Assembly (NCBI GenBank): GCA_973895155.1
Contig: OZ316894.1
Span: forward strand, 14,647,680-14,711,679
Direction: 5' to 3'
Length of the DNA: 64,000 nt
Source: Marsupella aquatica
Lineage: Eukaryota; Plantae; Marchantiophyta
Shown one piece after another: positions 37,801 through 51,947 of the stretch (the stretch's first letter is position 1; each line of letters begins with the position of its first letter). Below the pieces are notes generated by a model. That model did no database searches and was not told the DNA's origin. It saw only the letters and a list, made by a program, of their open reading frames with translations. Both the position numbers and the translations under genes were made by a program.

Positions 37801-39025
37801 GTACATTTCTGCACAAGTTGACAGAAAATCATTGAATTCAGGACTCAGGAGAGGAGTAATCTTTGAGGTCTTCACGCTCCATTCCTTCGTGGCCTCCTTC
37901 ATCATCGCTGCGTGACGCTTAGCGACCTCCTCTTTTGACCATGGCCGTCCTTAAGAGTTTGCGGTTGCCATGTCCATTTTGAATTGGAGAGAGTATGACT
38001 TGATCTTGTTCTCACACAAGATGTAAACAAGAGCCTCCAAAGGCATCTTCTTGGTATACCAAGAGCCTTTCCTTGTCTTCGCTCGAATTGCCTCAAATCA
38101 TTTGAAGCTTCCTGTGTCAATGATTGCCTTATAATAATCAAGGTCATGGGACAGAATCCGATTGATTCGATCTGCATCCAAGATCCATGACGGTTCTACC
38201 ACGGCTTGTCCCAATCTGAAACCAAACGGAAATCATCAGCGCCAGGCGCTAGCCAAACATCGACAAAAGTATTCATTATTTTTTACATTCAATGAAAGAA
38301 AATGATGGAACTTACTGATTGACTATGTGCATTGCAGCTTCAATCTCGATGAGAGAGCCTCGATCTCCCTTGAATACAGTGCAAAGCACACGAGGATGGT
38401 ACTTGATATTTTCGGGGTTTTCGTCCGTGATCTGTAACCAGGAATAGAGACGATGATTCTCGTCAAATACACAAAACATCTTGTCTTTTAAGACGAGAAA
38501 ATCGGGATCCATTTCGCAGCCCGCTTCAAATTTCTCATTCTGGGAAACCCATACAGCATCCCAACTCTCACGAATTTTGGGTGTGCAGAATTGGATAACC
38601 CCTTCAGAATCAGCGGGTTGAACATAGAACCGCATCCCTATGGAGGAGTTGTAACCGGAACTCCGAAATGAATCTTTGAGCTTCTCGATCGAAGCGTTCT
38701 CCTTCTGCAAAGTCCGGACGACTTCCATGTTGACTAAGCGGCAAAGCGGTATATAGGGGGGATCCTTAGGCTCTCCTCTAAAATCAGTCCCAAACGACAT
38801 CGCATGTTTCGCGATCACATCACCCATCGACAGAGCCCCTTCACTTCCGTCCTCCATCACGAAATCGCTGAAATTCTCCATGGCTCCTTGTTTCTGCTTT
38901 GGAACTGTCTGCCCAATATGTCAAAGTGACTGCGATGCAATTGAGCGTGTAACTCTTCGAGTGTAAACAGAACCAGAGAATGAAGTCTCGGATGTCTCAG
39001 AATTACCGGGAGAAGTATTGTCCAT
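34864..39025 (-). pseudogene. Five-exon ParB/Srx-like plus N4/N6 DNA-methyltransferase-like fusion gene, copy 2
   Basis: Exons about 39025-38316, 38215-36886, 36706-36009, 35832-35264 and 35158-34864. IPLCRLVNMEVVRTL...VFDENHRL; GVDAGFVYLPMG; ELITRPGDIVMDWTVGSGSTFVA...ILGIENRKEFV. Intron positions match copy 1. Confidence 0.85.
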
Positions 39026-39678
39026 CTCTGGATAAAGAGTAGAAGGCGGTAAGGTTTGGAATGTTCTCAACCAATCGTAGAGGTCTGCAACGTTATCCTG
39101 CGACTGGATAGATGAGCTCCACGTCGCAAACAGACAACACGGAGCACGTTCTTTCCCGAAAGACAGAGAGGACAGCGAATCTTAAAACATGATCAGACCT
39201 ATCGAATTGGCCTTTCACATGTAAAAGATCCATCAAAGACCGTCGATCAACTTAAATATTTACTTTTCATGATGAAAAGAAACAGCAAAAAGAGCGACGA
39301 CACCAACAAGAAAGAGACACATGTCACATGTTCTAAACGGTCATGATCAATAGAACCAAAATTTTCTAAATGACGTCTCTAAATCTTTGCCACTTTAGGG
39401 ATAAAACGGTCACTAAGGTATGAAGTTACCATTATAAATATCCGTTGAGTCACAACAACGGACAAGCATGTATAATAGCGCCCGGCGCTATTATAGAAAT
39501 TACACCTAAATCACCATAAATTTTCATACATTTCTATAATCACGCTCGGAGATATTAAGGGCCCTTACCATAAAATAAGCCCACAACATAATAGCACCCG
39601 ATGCTATTATTAAATCATTTCTGAAATGTCATTTAACTCCTTAAATACAACAATGGTCGTAAATTTCTTTGCTTTTTG

Positions 39679-42600
39679 TGTTGAGCATAGACGACATTCG
39701 CAACGGCAAGCCCATGAACCATCCAACGCACAATAGTCAACACAGAGAGATACATGGTTCACCTCCACATGAGGCTACGTCCACGGGAACACACAAGAGC
39801 TTTACTGCACTCTAGGCCGACCGGCCATACCAAGCATCCATAGCACAAGCTCTCCCTATCTCTCAACTAGCTCCGTAACAATGAGCCTAAGTTCCACCAA
39901 CGTCTGGCATCAGCCCTGGCTATATGCACACCAGCACTACCGCTAACATTAGCTAAGTCCTAACCCGAGTTAGACTAACTGTGGTTAGTTCATGAGTCAC
40001 AAGACTAGAGCAATATCTAACAAACTCCCCCTTGACTCTTGTCTTGGGGACTAGACTAAATGCTACTATATGGAATCCTCAACGGGAAGTTCTAGACAAT
40101 CACCAAACCAGGTCTCCCCCTAAAAACCACAAGGGTTAACTAGAACTAAGCCGTAGCCTAACAGGAATGAGTAATCCATATACAAATAGTCACACATTGC
40201 TAAATAACTCTACTTGCACTACAACTGCAAAACCTGCAAAGTAGCACGGTGTCTTGAGCAACTCTCCACAGGAATCACTTTGGTAAAGGCATCAGCGGGA
40301 TTGAGCTTTCCATCAATCTTGACTAGCTCAAAAGTTTTATCAGACACTGCTTGCCTGATAAAATGGTACCTGATATCAATGTGCTTCACCCTACTATCCA
40401 TCACCTAGTTAGTAGCCAAGTGAAGAGCACTCTGACTATCACAGTTTAGAGTCATTTTGCCATGCTCTAAACCCATCTCCGCGATCAACTTGTCCAACCA
40501 AATTATTTCTTTTGCTGTTGCAATATACTCTGCTTCTGTAGTAGACTGAGATATGCACTTCTGCAAGGTAGATTTCCAACTAATACATCCTCCTCCAAGA
40601 GTGTATACAAACCCAGTTGTAGACCTCCTTGTATCCAGACAGCCTCCATAGTCAGAATTTACATAGCCAACTAACGTTCTATCTGATCTATTATCAAATA
40701 GTAATCCATAGTCTTGTGTTCCCTTCAGATCCTTGAGAATCCACTTCACAGCTTCCCAATGTACCTTCCCTGGATTTGACATGAATCTGTTGACCTAGCC
40801 CATCGCTAGGGCCAAGTCAGGCCTAGTACAAGTCATCAAATATATCAGACTGCCTACTACCTTCTCATAAGGAATCTTAGCCATCAAACCTTTCTCCACA
40901 GCATCCGTAGGAGAGAAAGCCGATGATAACTTAAAATGTGAAGCTAAAGGAATACTCACTGACTTACAGTTCTCCATGTTGAATCGTGCAAGTACTTTCC
41001 TTGCATACTGGCCTTGACTCAAGCACAACTGTCCAGTCTCAGAGTTCCTAAAAATCTCCATCCCTAAGATCCTCTTGGCTTTACCAAGATCCTTCATCCT
41101 GAATTTAGCACTCAATTTTGCCTTGAGATTGTCAACCTCAGATTGATCTTTAGTCACAATAAGCATGTCATCCACATAGATTACCAGAATGATGAAACCA
41201 AATACATCATTCTTGACTGATTTTGTATACACACAAGGATCATACACCATCCTTGTAAAACCTTGAGCAAGCATGAAATCATCCACCACTTGCTGACCTC
41301 TTGGAAGCTCCACCAGCTCCCATGTCTTGTTGTCACTCAAAGATTGTAACTCCCTTTGCATTGCTACATTCCACTCATGCTTCTGCTCTGAAGCACAAGC
41401 CTCATTGTACGAAGAAGGCTCTCCTTCTTCCAAGATCAAAGCCATGTCATCATCATCAGGTGCAATGTCAATATCATCTAGCTTAGATGAGTCTGCCCAT
41501 TGACTATACCTGGTAGGAGCTCTAGTAGAACGACTAGAAGTTTTTCTAGTAGATGACTCAGGCTGATTTGTTGTTGCTGCTGGTTAAATTTGAGGTACCC
41601 CAACAACAATCTGCTCCTCTTGTTCCATCACAGGAACCAGCTCCAAGCCCAGAGCTTCTCCATCTCTCCTGTCATGAACTGCATCATGACTAACCTCCCC
41701 TTCAACCCGGTCCGGGATGAGAGATTTCCCCTTGTCAGTATGGGAGTCTTGAGAACTCTCCCCCTCCTTTGATGATCTGGATTCATTAAAGGACACATCT
41801 CGACTGACAATTAGCTTACAGGGTACTGGATCCCATAACCTATAACCCTTCACACTTTTTTGATAGCCAAGGAAAATGCACTTCTTTGACTTGGACTCCA
41901 GCTTGGATCGCAGCTGGGAAGGTGTAAGCACATAAGCATCACATCCAAAAATCCTCAGATGTGAGTAATCTGCTGGACGCCCGTACCTCATTTCAAATGG
42001 CGTCTTGAATCCAATAGAACTGGATGGAGAAAAATTTACCAAATAAGCTGCAGTGTTGACAGCTTCAGCCCAAAACTCATGTGGTAAGCATGATTGACTC
42101 AATATACTCCTCAAGCGGTCCAATAGTGTTCGGTTGAGTCTCTCAAAAACACCATTCTACTGAGGAGTATAACTTGTTGTGAGACGGCGGGTAATCCCCT
42201 GCTCCTTACAATATGTCACGCGATTGACATGGGTCTTAACACCAAAAACGTCACTATGGGTGCCAAAACCATCTCCTTGTACCTGAGGATCACGAAGGGA
42301 TGTTGTGAATGCCGGTAAACACCAGTTTATGCCCTTAACACCAGACTATCATAGCAAGACTCTATCACACATCACCCAAGCTCAATCCCAAGGAACCGAG
42401 GTTGGGGATCAGATCTGTGCTCATGATAGTTCTGGTGAGAAGGGGTCTTCATATCGGGCCCGTACACACAGGGCCTAGCGCTACGGTGCGCATAGGTCTA
42501 TACATATGCTTACTGTCATAGGTATGTTTCTATTCTGCCGCCGGAATGTACCCATAAACCAGTGACTCCTGACTGATTCCCGGCTTAGGGACTTCTAAGC

Positions 42601-45600
42601 CATTGCCCCACCACTCTGCCATTCCACTCTCAACAATCAGAGCTATGACAGTCCTCACCCAGCCCGCTTCAATGCACCCGGTACACCTCTCAGTGGCGCT
42701 ACTAGTTCCATCATACACTCAGATTGCCTCACACACACACACATCCATGAGAGAAATGAGGCCTGAGAGGAAAACTCAATTAGATTCAACGATGTGCACA
42801 ATAGTTCACTAAGAACACTTGATCCGAACAATAGGCCCGAAGGCTGTCTACTCCAGATTGCAGCGTGCTTGCCCCGCAAGCCCCATGCTTGCCATGCAAG
42901 CTCAATCCTGAACCTGAGCCCGGCTCACTCCAGATTGCGACGGCATATTGGACTCAAACCAATCCCGTACTTGCCTTGCAAACTCAATCCTGAACTCAAC
43001 CTCCTTCACTGCACTTCATTCTTGGGGGCACATACAGATCTCACACCTCCAATTCAGAACGTCAAGTTACGCATACATAGTTGACTCGACTTCAAAGCTG
43101 GTACCAGGCCTAATGGCGATCTACCCCAGACTGCAATGAGGCCCGGCCTCACGCTTGCCCTGCAAGCTCCGCTCTGGCCATAGATCCCTTAGTGCTCTCC
43201 ACCAGACAAAGGCCGGGACTCCCCATGGATCACGTAGCCTTGCCAGACTGAACTGTAAATGCTCCTCCTGCTGCCCCTCAATCAGTGTCTCAGCCTCCCT
43301 AATGTGCTCACCACAAATCAAATTGACATCCTCCCCACAGTTTACAATCACCAATACATCACCTATCACCAAGGCTCTGTATCGGGGGAAAAGAACCCAG
43401 TTGTGCTACTCACTAGAAAGAGCCACAATCCAGTTCGCAAACCTAGCAACCCGTTGCTGTGAAGCTTGGCTGATTACTCCCTGAGTAATAGCACAACCAA
43501 GCTCTCCCCAACACGCAGCGTCCAAGTCCAGCCTTGCTTGCACAGAGCTCCTCCCTGCTGCTCAGTCTAAGTGAGATCACACAACTGAAGTCCCCCCCTC
43601 TGCCTCTACCGGAGGGATGCTCTATATACTCTCTCATTGAGCCCAAATGGGTGGATGCTACGCTGCTGGAGCCCCATCCCAGCCCTAATAGAGCCGCCAC
43701 TATCTCTAACTACTGAACCCTAACTCGCAACTTTATTTCTATCTCGAATTGGCTATGTACTTCGGATTCGGCCCTCCTCCATAGTTTTTGCGAGCTTGCG
43801 CCTCCTCTCCCGATTTCTCTATTTAACCATTTTCTGCGTGGATAGCAACGTTGGAAGCGGCTTGAGCTCCTCTTTCCAACGAGGTCAATTATAGCCGATT
43901 TGGTCAAATACACAGAGAGTTATGCCCCCGTAACCGAGAGGGGGTACTCACTGTTGCGCTAACCCGAGTTACATAGCTAACCCGAGTTCGGCTAACCTAG
44001 CTATCCTATCTAACCCGAGTAGAGCTAACCCGTGGTCTCGGGTTAGGCCGTCACCCGCTATCCGCTATCCACTATCCTAGCCTAAGCTGAGCCCGAACCC
44101 GAGCTTACCTATGCTAACCTGACCCCGAGTTAAGTCTAACCCGGGATCAATCTAATCCGAACCCGGGTTAAGCCTAAGCTGAAGCCGTGCTTACCTAAGC
44201 TAAGCTGAAGCCGTGCTTACCTGAGCTAAGCTGAAGCCGTGCTGACCTAAGCTAAGCTGAAGCCGTGCTGACCTGAGCTAAGCTGAAGCCGTGCTCACAT
44301 AAGCTAAGCCGTGGTCGAGCTTGGGTTAACCCGAAACTGAAGCCGAATCCGCTAATTCCGGCCACAAGTTAACCCGTCACACTAATCAGGCCGTATCTTT
44401 CTTAATACACCTCCGTTTCCTGAGTGTTTTATATCGATTTTACTCGCCTTGACCAGATCTTTCCAATGCTCTTTACAGATCCGGATTTGGTGACATATTG
44501 AAAGAGATATGGTCGCCGACCACCTGCGACATAGCTTTTATTTCCCTACTCTTAACGCCATGATTGCCCTTATTCTTGCCATCTTGCTAATTGTTATGCA
44601 ATATCAATAGCTACTCCTTGCATACAGCAACCTACTTAATCAGATTACAAAATAAGGACCATGTCATTGGCGTCACACAATACATTCTAAATTCCCCGGA
44701 ACTGTATTCACCGCCGTTATCCGATCAAAGATATCTCATCTTATTACCAGTCTGATTCTCAACTTGGGCTTTCCACTCCTTAAAAGTGACAAAAACATCA
44801 GACTTACTGTGTAGAAAGTATATCCACACATACCTTGAGTAATCGTCAATGAACGTGACATAGTATAACCGTCCAGAATGTGAGGGAGTAGAGGCTGGAC
44901 CTCACATATCACTATGTACATACTCAAGTACCTCCTTGCTGGTGTGAGTTCCAACTCCGAAGGGTTTCCTGTGCTGCTTTCCTAGCACATAGTACTCACA
45001 AAATTCCAACTTACAAGATTGCAAATTAAAAAGTACTCCTTTCTTCTAAAGAATAGCCAAACCTTTTTCACTCATGTGGCCCAAACAGAAGTGCCATAGC
45101 CGGGCCGTCTCCTCATGAGATGAGGTTATATTGGCTTCATCACAAACTACACTGCCCTCCAAAACGTATAGATTGCAATGTCTCTTTCCTTTCAATACAA
45201 CTTTAGTACCAGTTGAAACCTGAAGGACACCATTAGCAAAACTCCACTAATGGTCATTTGCTTCTAAAACTCCAAGTGAAATGAGATTTTTCATCATGCT
45301 GGGAATATGTCTCACATTCCTCAACGTTCTCATAGCACCATCAAACATCTGAAATCTTACAGATCCAAGTCCAACAACTTGACATGGGATTCCATTTCCC
45401 ATCAACACTGACCCATTGGAAACCGTGTAAGAACTGAAACAATCTCTCTTAGAGCAAATGTGAAAAATACTTGCACTATCTAGAATCTAGTCATCACTAC
45501 CTGGATTTGACACTACGTTGAGAGCATAACCTTGACATCACAATATGTCATCATCATTGAGTAAATTTACCTCATGCAAGCTCGATGCCGCGTTAGCAGA

Positions 45601-47592
45601 TGCAGTAGGGACCTTTACTCGACAATCCATTTTCATGTGGCCAGGCTTGCCACAATTCCAACATGCAAGAGGCTTCCTCTCTTGCGATTTCCCTCTGGAT
45701 TTAGATCTCCCCTGTGATGTAGATCTAAACCTATTCGGCCCATTTGTACGTTGCGCTACTCTCCCACGGTTCACGTTCAGCGTAGTGCCAGAAGAAGATG
45801 CTGTCTGTGATTGACCCAACTTCTTCTGAGCATCATTAGACAATAATGAGCTCACCACCGCATTATACGAAATGGACTTCAGATCTCTATACAAGAGCAC
45901 CTGTTTCAAGCCCTAATATGACGGCGGTAAGGAGCTTAGCAGAAGCAAGGCCTTATCCTCATCTTCAACTCCTTTTCCTAGGTTTGATAGATCCACCGCT
46001 AGACTGTCAAATTCATCCAGGTGATCCTGCATCTTGCTCCCTTCCTTGAGCCTGAGGCTCATCAAGAGAGACTTCTTGTACAGCCGGTCTGACGCATCTT
46101 TCCGGTAGAAGCTCTTAGAGCCTTGAACAATGACGCGCAATCCGCATAATCATCCAGCTGCTTGATGATGTGCGGCTTGAGATATAGCATCACTGCATTG
46201 ACAACAATCACCTGCTCCTGTCTCCACTGCTTCTCTGAAATATCCTCCTCTCCATCATACTACTCTCGCGATGAAAGCAAATGAGCTAAGCCCATGGCCC
46301 GTAGAACACCCTTCACTTGCTTCTCCCATAGCAAGTAAGTAGTTAGTACGACCATCGTACTTCTCCACCTCAAACTTCACTCCTCCGAATCTAGCCATCT
46401 CCCTCTTCTTCCCTACTACGGATAACTCTGGTAGTAGTACAGCTTCCTCCACTGCACGTCGCATCGGTGATCGTGGTAAGTGAGGGAGCCGGGTGTGTGT
46501 ATACACACACAAGACTCCTTTAACCCCTTTAAAACAAAAAAATAACCCCAAAATAAAATTTGAGTTCTCACCTTAAAAAACCGCTATTTACACTAAGGAA
46601 AAGATGAGTGCCAACGGTCCAAAGTTGCCAAATTTTACCGGTTAGGTTTGCAAGCTCCGTAGTGGGAAAAACTTTCCGTCGTGTCACACTCACTCCGTGT
46701 CAAGTGCCAATCCCGGGCTCAAAACGACCGCCTTGCCGCGATCAAAACATTGAGTCGTAGCACTTCGCGTTTCTTCCACCGAGTCGTATGTCACGAAGAG
46801 AAACCCGGTTCAGATGTGAACAAGCTCCATAGCTTGTAAAAAAACCTGAACGCCTCCGTCACTTGTCACGTCGCACTCGGTAACAACTCGGTAGCAATCC
46901 AGCTACCGAAACGACCAGCTTGCTTCAACCTTCAACTTGAGCTATAATGTGTGATCCCTCCCGCACCGCACAGCTCACATCGTTGAAAAACGCAAACTCT
47001 GGTCTCTCCCCCGAAAAGCTGTCGAATATGAATAAACCCTGAATGATGCAAACTTCAATTCCTCCGCACCACTGATATCGATCAGCAAGTTCTAACCACC
47101 GTTAGAAAGTCCTCTCACTAACCTATCCTCATAGCCACACACATTCGAGTTTCATGCGACGAAACTCTAAATGTACCATCAACAATGAACGCTGGAAAAA
47201 CCTGTCACAAAAAACCCCGTCACCTCCCAGGCATGCTTTGATACCACTTGTTGAGCATAGACGATATTCGCAACGGCAAGCCCATGAACCATCCAACGCA
47301 CAATAGTTGACACAGAGAGATATGTGGTTCACCTCCACATGAGGCTACGTCCACGGGAACACACAAGAGCTTTACTGCACTCTAGGCCGACCAGCCATAC
47401 CAAGCATCCACAGCACAAGCTCTCCCTATCTCTCAACTAGCTCCGTAACAATGAGCCTAAGTTCCACCAGGGTCTGGCATCAGCCCTGGCTATATGCACA
47501 CCAGCACTACCGCTAACATTAGCTAAGTCCTAACCCGAGTTAGACTAACTGTGGTTAGCTCATGAGTCACAAGACTAGAGCAATATCTAACA
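39679..47592 (-). mobile_element. Full-length but decayed Ty1/Copia (Tork/Tnt1-like) element nested in the MULE intergenic region
   Basis: 344-bp LTRs at 39679-40022 and 47249-47592 (about 10 mismatches by eye); TSD TTTTG; PBS TGGTATCAAAGC; PPT GGGGGAGTT; gag CWNCGKPGH, integrase, RT YVDDML with internal deletion, RNase H. Confidence 0.95.
42214..44677 (-). mobile_element. Solo LTR (2464 bp, probably Ty3/Gypsy) nested in the Copia integrase
   Basis: TG...CA ends; 5-bp TSD CAATA; internal ~23-bp tandem repeat 44170-44310; inverted near-copy at 51948-54378. Confidence 0.88.
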
Positions 47593-47970
47593 TTTTGGAC
47601 ACGTAAATATGTATTATTAATAATAGCGCCAAGCGCTATCAATGTTGTGGGTAAATATATATCTCATCTTGTTGTATTTTTGGGTTCATCTCCACATATT
47701 GTGTGGCATGAAAAAAGAGATTTTTGCTAGCACTCGACGCTACTAATATCCATTGCTGAAGATGCCGTTAAACTAACGGAAACATTTTTATTCCAACGGT
47801 CATCCGCTGCCATTCTTTGGTCACTTTTCCATTGCATCAACGGTAATTAAATTGGAATTCGACTTGTCGTATGGTGGTTTCTTTGTTGAAGTTTCTTAGA
47901 AGCGGTGAAAGAAGAAACTAAAACTATCACGACACTCTCATTTTACCATTGTGGTCGATGATATTCCGCA

Positions 47971-50900
47971 ATGCAGCGTGTAATTAGAGTAAGTTGTTCG
48001 GCGACAGGTGAGGTGATTACCGTACTTGTGACCAATCGACCAGGTACTCAATGCGTTAGTGAGAATTATCTTTCCACAAGATTTGATGTCCAAAGGAAAG
48101 ATATTGATAATTTAGGTACATTTGCTGGTTGTACAGCTCATTTCCATTACAATCAAGGAGAGAAATTCTGGGAGTTGCATATTGGTGTTGATTACTCTCT
48201 ATACCTCAAAGGAAAAGATGATGTTCGTGTTAAATTACAGAAGGTAATTGCACCCAGGGAAGTCATCGATCTCACATCTGAAGGCGAGGACTCATTCCTT
48301 GGATCTCCTTTTTCGATGGATGTTGGAAACATTAAGAGAGAAGAATCGGTTCCAGTACATCAGGGGAGCTCATCGAAGGAACGGGTTCCTCCAGTTTTTC
48401 CAGGATTGAACAAAACAATTAGTGGATCTGATACACTTCTTTTAGCTCTGCCTGTTACTGTTGTCTATAGGCGAAGCGCGTTAGATGCACTTTTGAAATC
48501 ATCTGGACAAAGTGAGCTTTCTCGCTTTGTTAAATCGGAGGTTTTCACGCACGAGCAAGTGGAATTGCTTCCCAGAAGTTATAATGGCATTGTCATATTT
48601 GAGCTTCCACCTGTTGATTGTGTCGGTTCAATAGGAAAGCGTCTCCTTAACATGGACCGGTCAAAGGATTGCTATCTATGGACTAGAATTTTCCCCACTT
48701 CAACCAAGGTCTTACCTAAGAAGATGTGGGAGTTTGGCAAGGTTAGTTGTAGCGGGTCACTAGAATGTCGAAACAATTCATGCGAGTTTTATATTAGAAC
48801 CAATGGTAGGAATTGTTCATCTTGGGAAGGGACCCCTAAGTTAGGAGGTCAACATTGTCCAGGAAAGTTGATTGATGCAGGAGGGATTGTTTGTCGTTAT
48901 TGTCTGCAGCTCCCATTTTGTGTGGACTCTTGCCCCGCAAAAATGTTTTGCTTGATTCGGTGATAGTGCAACATATGTCACGCCTCGCAATCCACATGGG
49001 TGTACATAATCATCCATGTCGAAAGATTTGGTCTAGAAGTTCAGAGAAAATAGCGGTCGAGGAGATTCGAAAAGAGCACTTGAAGAATCCTTCTTCCGCG
49101 CCTTGTGTTGTAAAAAATGCAGTCACTGGATCTTTGAAGGATGCACTAGATGAATCTGTTCATGACATTTCAAAGATGGAAGAGACTGAGATTTGGCAGT
49201 CACTTATGCTTGTTTCCACTCCACAGAAATTCTCTGCCTTGTTTAAGAGCGTCCGAAAAGATCAGGCTGGTCATGGAGATCTTGAATATCTGGTTCGAAT
49301 GCAGAAGAATGTGAGGTTTCCATTTGTTCAAAGGTATCTTCTTCCGGGGCAAGGCTGTAAGGAAGACCGTGCTCATATTTTCAAAATGACAATCAAAGGT
49401 CATGGATCCGGAGTCGATCTACTTTGACAGATGAAAAAAGGTGGGCCACTTGAAGGAGCATGGTGAGTTTTGATGTCATGCATCGAATGTCTAAAGAATG
49501 GAGCACTTTCAGTGCCCACGTCTATGACCACAACTATCGAGTGTTATGTACAATATTTACGTGCAAGCTGAAAGCAGAGGACACTGAATCTCTTGAGAAA
49601 GCTTGGAGATTGATGATTGAGGTCGCTTCAGAAAATGGGTTACATGATGTTCAAATTCACGAATTCATGGCTGACAATGCTCATGCGGGATGGCTTGCGG
49701 TGAGAAATGTTTTCTTTGGGGGCCATCCAAATCCAGAGAAGGAGAGATCAGACGCTTTTCATTTTTACCAATCTTTGCATCGCCATTCCATCGAAGGAGT
49801 GTTGGAAGACAAACGTGCAGAGCATCGAACCCTCTGGGATAAGCTCAGAAATGCATCAACTTTTGTTGAAGCCTATAGAATCTCCAGAGAGATTGATTTA
49901 TGGTGGAGATCCGGAAATTGCGTTCCTGGAAAGCTTCGGATGCTGCAAGGATGGATCTCTTGGTGGGTTGTAAGATGGCGGCAGTGGGGAAATTTTATCA
50001 GACTTGTGAGTATGACATTGACATGGCCTTTTCATTTTTCAATATCTCATATACTTCTAAACTAGCGCCGAGCGCTACTATTAAGACTCTATTTTGCTTA
50101 ATTCTCTTATCCTTTTTGACAACGCCCGACGCTACTTTTAATTTGTAAGTATTGATAAATAATATCATCACGTCTTCCAAAGTAATATTCGAGATTTGAC
50201 CAACCCTCGCCGTCCTGCAGAGCAAAAGTGCACAAGGAGGGATGATTCCAAATTGCACAGGATCTGAGGCAGTTCATGGTATCATGAAAGCTTGGCAAGG
50301 GAAGAAAACTATAGGTTTATTTGAGGGGTGCAAAACTGACCACAATCGAGCAATCTCCCAAATTGCCGCCTATACTGTCTATCGTGATGGGTTACATAGA
50401 GGTACAGGTCCTATGGTTTTTGAACTAGCTTTCCGTTTTGCAGATCAGGCTGGGTCCCCTCGATTGTTCGAAGAGGCTTCTAATTTTCTACTAGCTAATG
50501 CGGCGGAATTTGATTTGGAGAGGAGTTCTCCATTGAACGATGATTTTGTAACCAAATCTGTCAAAAGAAAAGGTCCAGCGACAGGGAATGTCTCGGCACA
50601 AGACTCCCATCGTCATGACACTATTCTGATAACAACACCAAATACACGGGGTTTGAAACGGAGAAATCTGAACTCTACTCAGTTTTCTCATATTCCACTT
50701 AGTACTCCTCAAACACCAATCGATTTGACTGGGAGTGAAGAAGACCCGGGTGACATGCAGGATGCACCTCCTTCTGGTCGAGGTGGAGCATCTTCAATAT
50801 TACCAGAAGTCTTTTTTAACCAAAATCCAGTCGTCCCTGACACGTCGCTTTTGGAGATGGACGTTGATCCCGGTTCTTGGCATCTTCGTCGAATTTTAAG

Positions 50901-51726
50901 ACTTGGGCCCGGCCCACAGTGTAACGGGACATTGTCAGGGAGATGCAATCATGATGAGTGTCAAAATCGTATTAAGAAGGTTGGATATCCTTCCAATGCT
51001 GGTGTCATCGGAGTTGTTGTCAAAGGACATCGCCTATTCAGAGGAGAACCTCATGCAGAGTTTGTGTGGTTCTGCCCCAACGGCAATTGTTGGAAGAGTC
51101 GCCCACGTCGAGGTATAGCAAACCTGCCTCCTTATCCAGTGTCCTTGCCAATACTGAAAGGAACAAATATGTCAAACTTGGAGATAAGTTTCCTTGAAGA
51201 ACAGGGTGTTGTAATCCTCTCACGAGACCAAAGCGTGGCCTCCAGCCCTACTCCTTTTGATTTGAGAATCAATGTTGATGTTTTTCCTGAGAAGATCAAT
51301 ATGGCACAAATCAACATCCGTTCTTGAACTAGGAACGGGCGCCCAATGAACCCCAGATCAAATCTTACTCAGGAATATCATAGAAGGATTGAATCTGCTG
51401 CTAAGGAAACAATGACTCTCATCACAAAATTGGACTTCTCCTCAGGGAACTCTTATGGGAAACGATTTCGCATCCAAACACACGCTCATTTGAGGACGGC
51501 AAACACTTACTGGGTGCAGATTTGCATATTCCCATGCTGCTCTTGTGAGGATTTCTTTTGCCGGCATTCTCGAGGAAGACCTTTCATGCCTTGTAAGCAT
51601 TTGTACTAGGTTTACAAAATGGTCTTTAAGCTGGATCCATTGGATTCAGTGTTACCAAGCCAACCAATTCTTATTATCGGTGAACTCCAGTACATCTTAG
51701 GAATGAAGAATACGCATGGTTTTTAG
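47971..51726 (+). pseudogene. Mutator-like transposase: GCM/WRKY-like Zn domain, DDE core, Cys-rich insert, C-terminal SWIM
   Basis: CSGSLECRNNSC...CRYC...HMGVHNHP; FDVMH (D1), FMADNA (D2), DAFH (C/DxxH), intron 50006-50220, GSEAVH (E); CSCEDF...PCKHLY SWIM. Stops and frameshifts near 48955, 49425, 51325 and 51607. Confidence 0.85.
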
Positions 51727-51947
51727 GAATTCTGACCATTCTAGTAGACGTTGAACGGGTATTTAGTCAATGATGTTTTGTAACGGTAACAAACATTTGG
51801 GTAGCACTCGGCGCTAGTAAACGTGTCTTCCGACAATTGTTGTTTTTCCCATCATATTGGACTTCATGTTGAAATTGACCTCATTGGTTTTGTAGAGAAT
51901 TATGCCATGTTTTGTGGATGATAGTACCAATTCTCCTATTTTGTTCC

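Noticed and set aside
34864-39025. Bacterial or phage contamination explaining the ParB-MTase gene
   Set aside because: The gene has conserved GT-AG introns and lies inside a TSD-bounded element with nested plant retrotransposons.
42530-43913. Short ORFs duplicated at 52679-54062
   Set aside because: Identity reflects LTR duplication; no recognisable domains, and they overlap in all frames.
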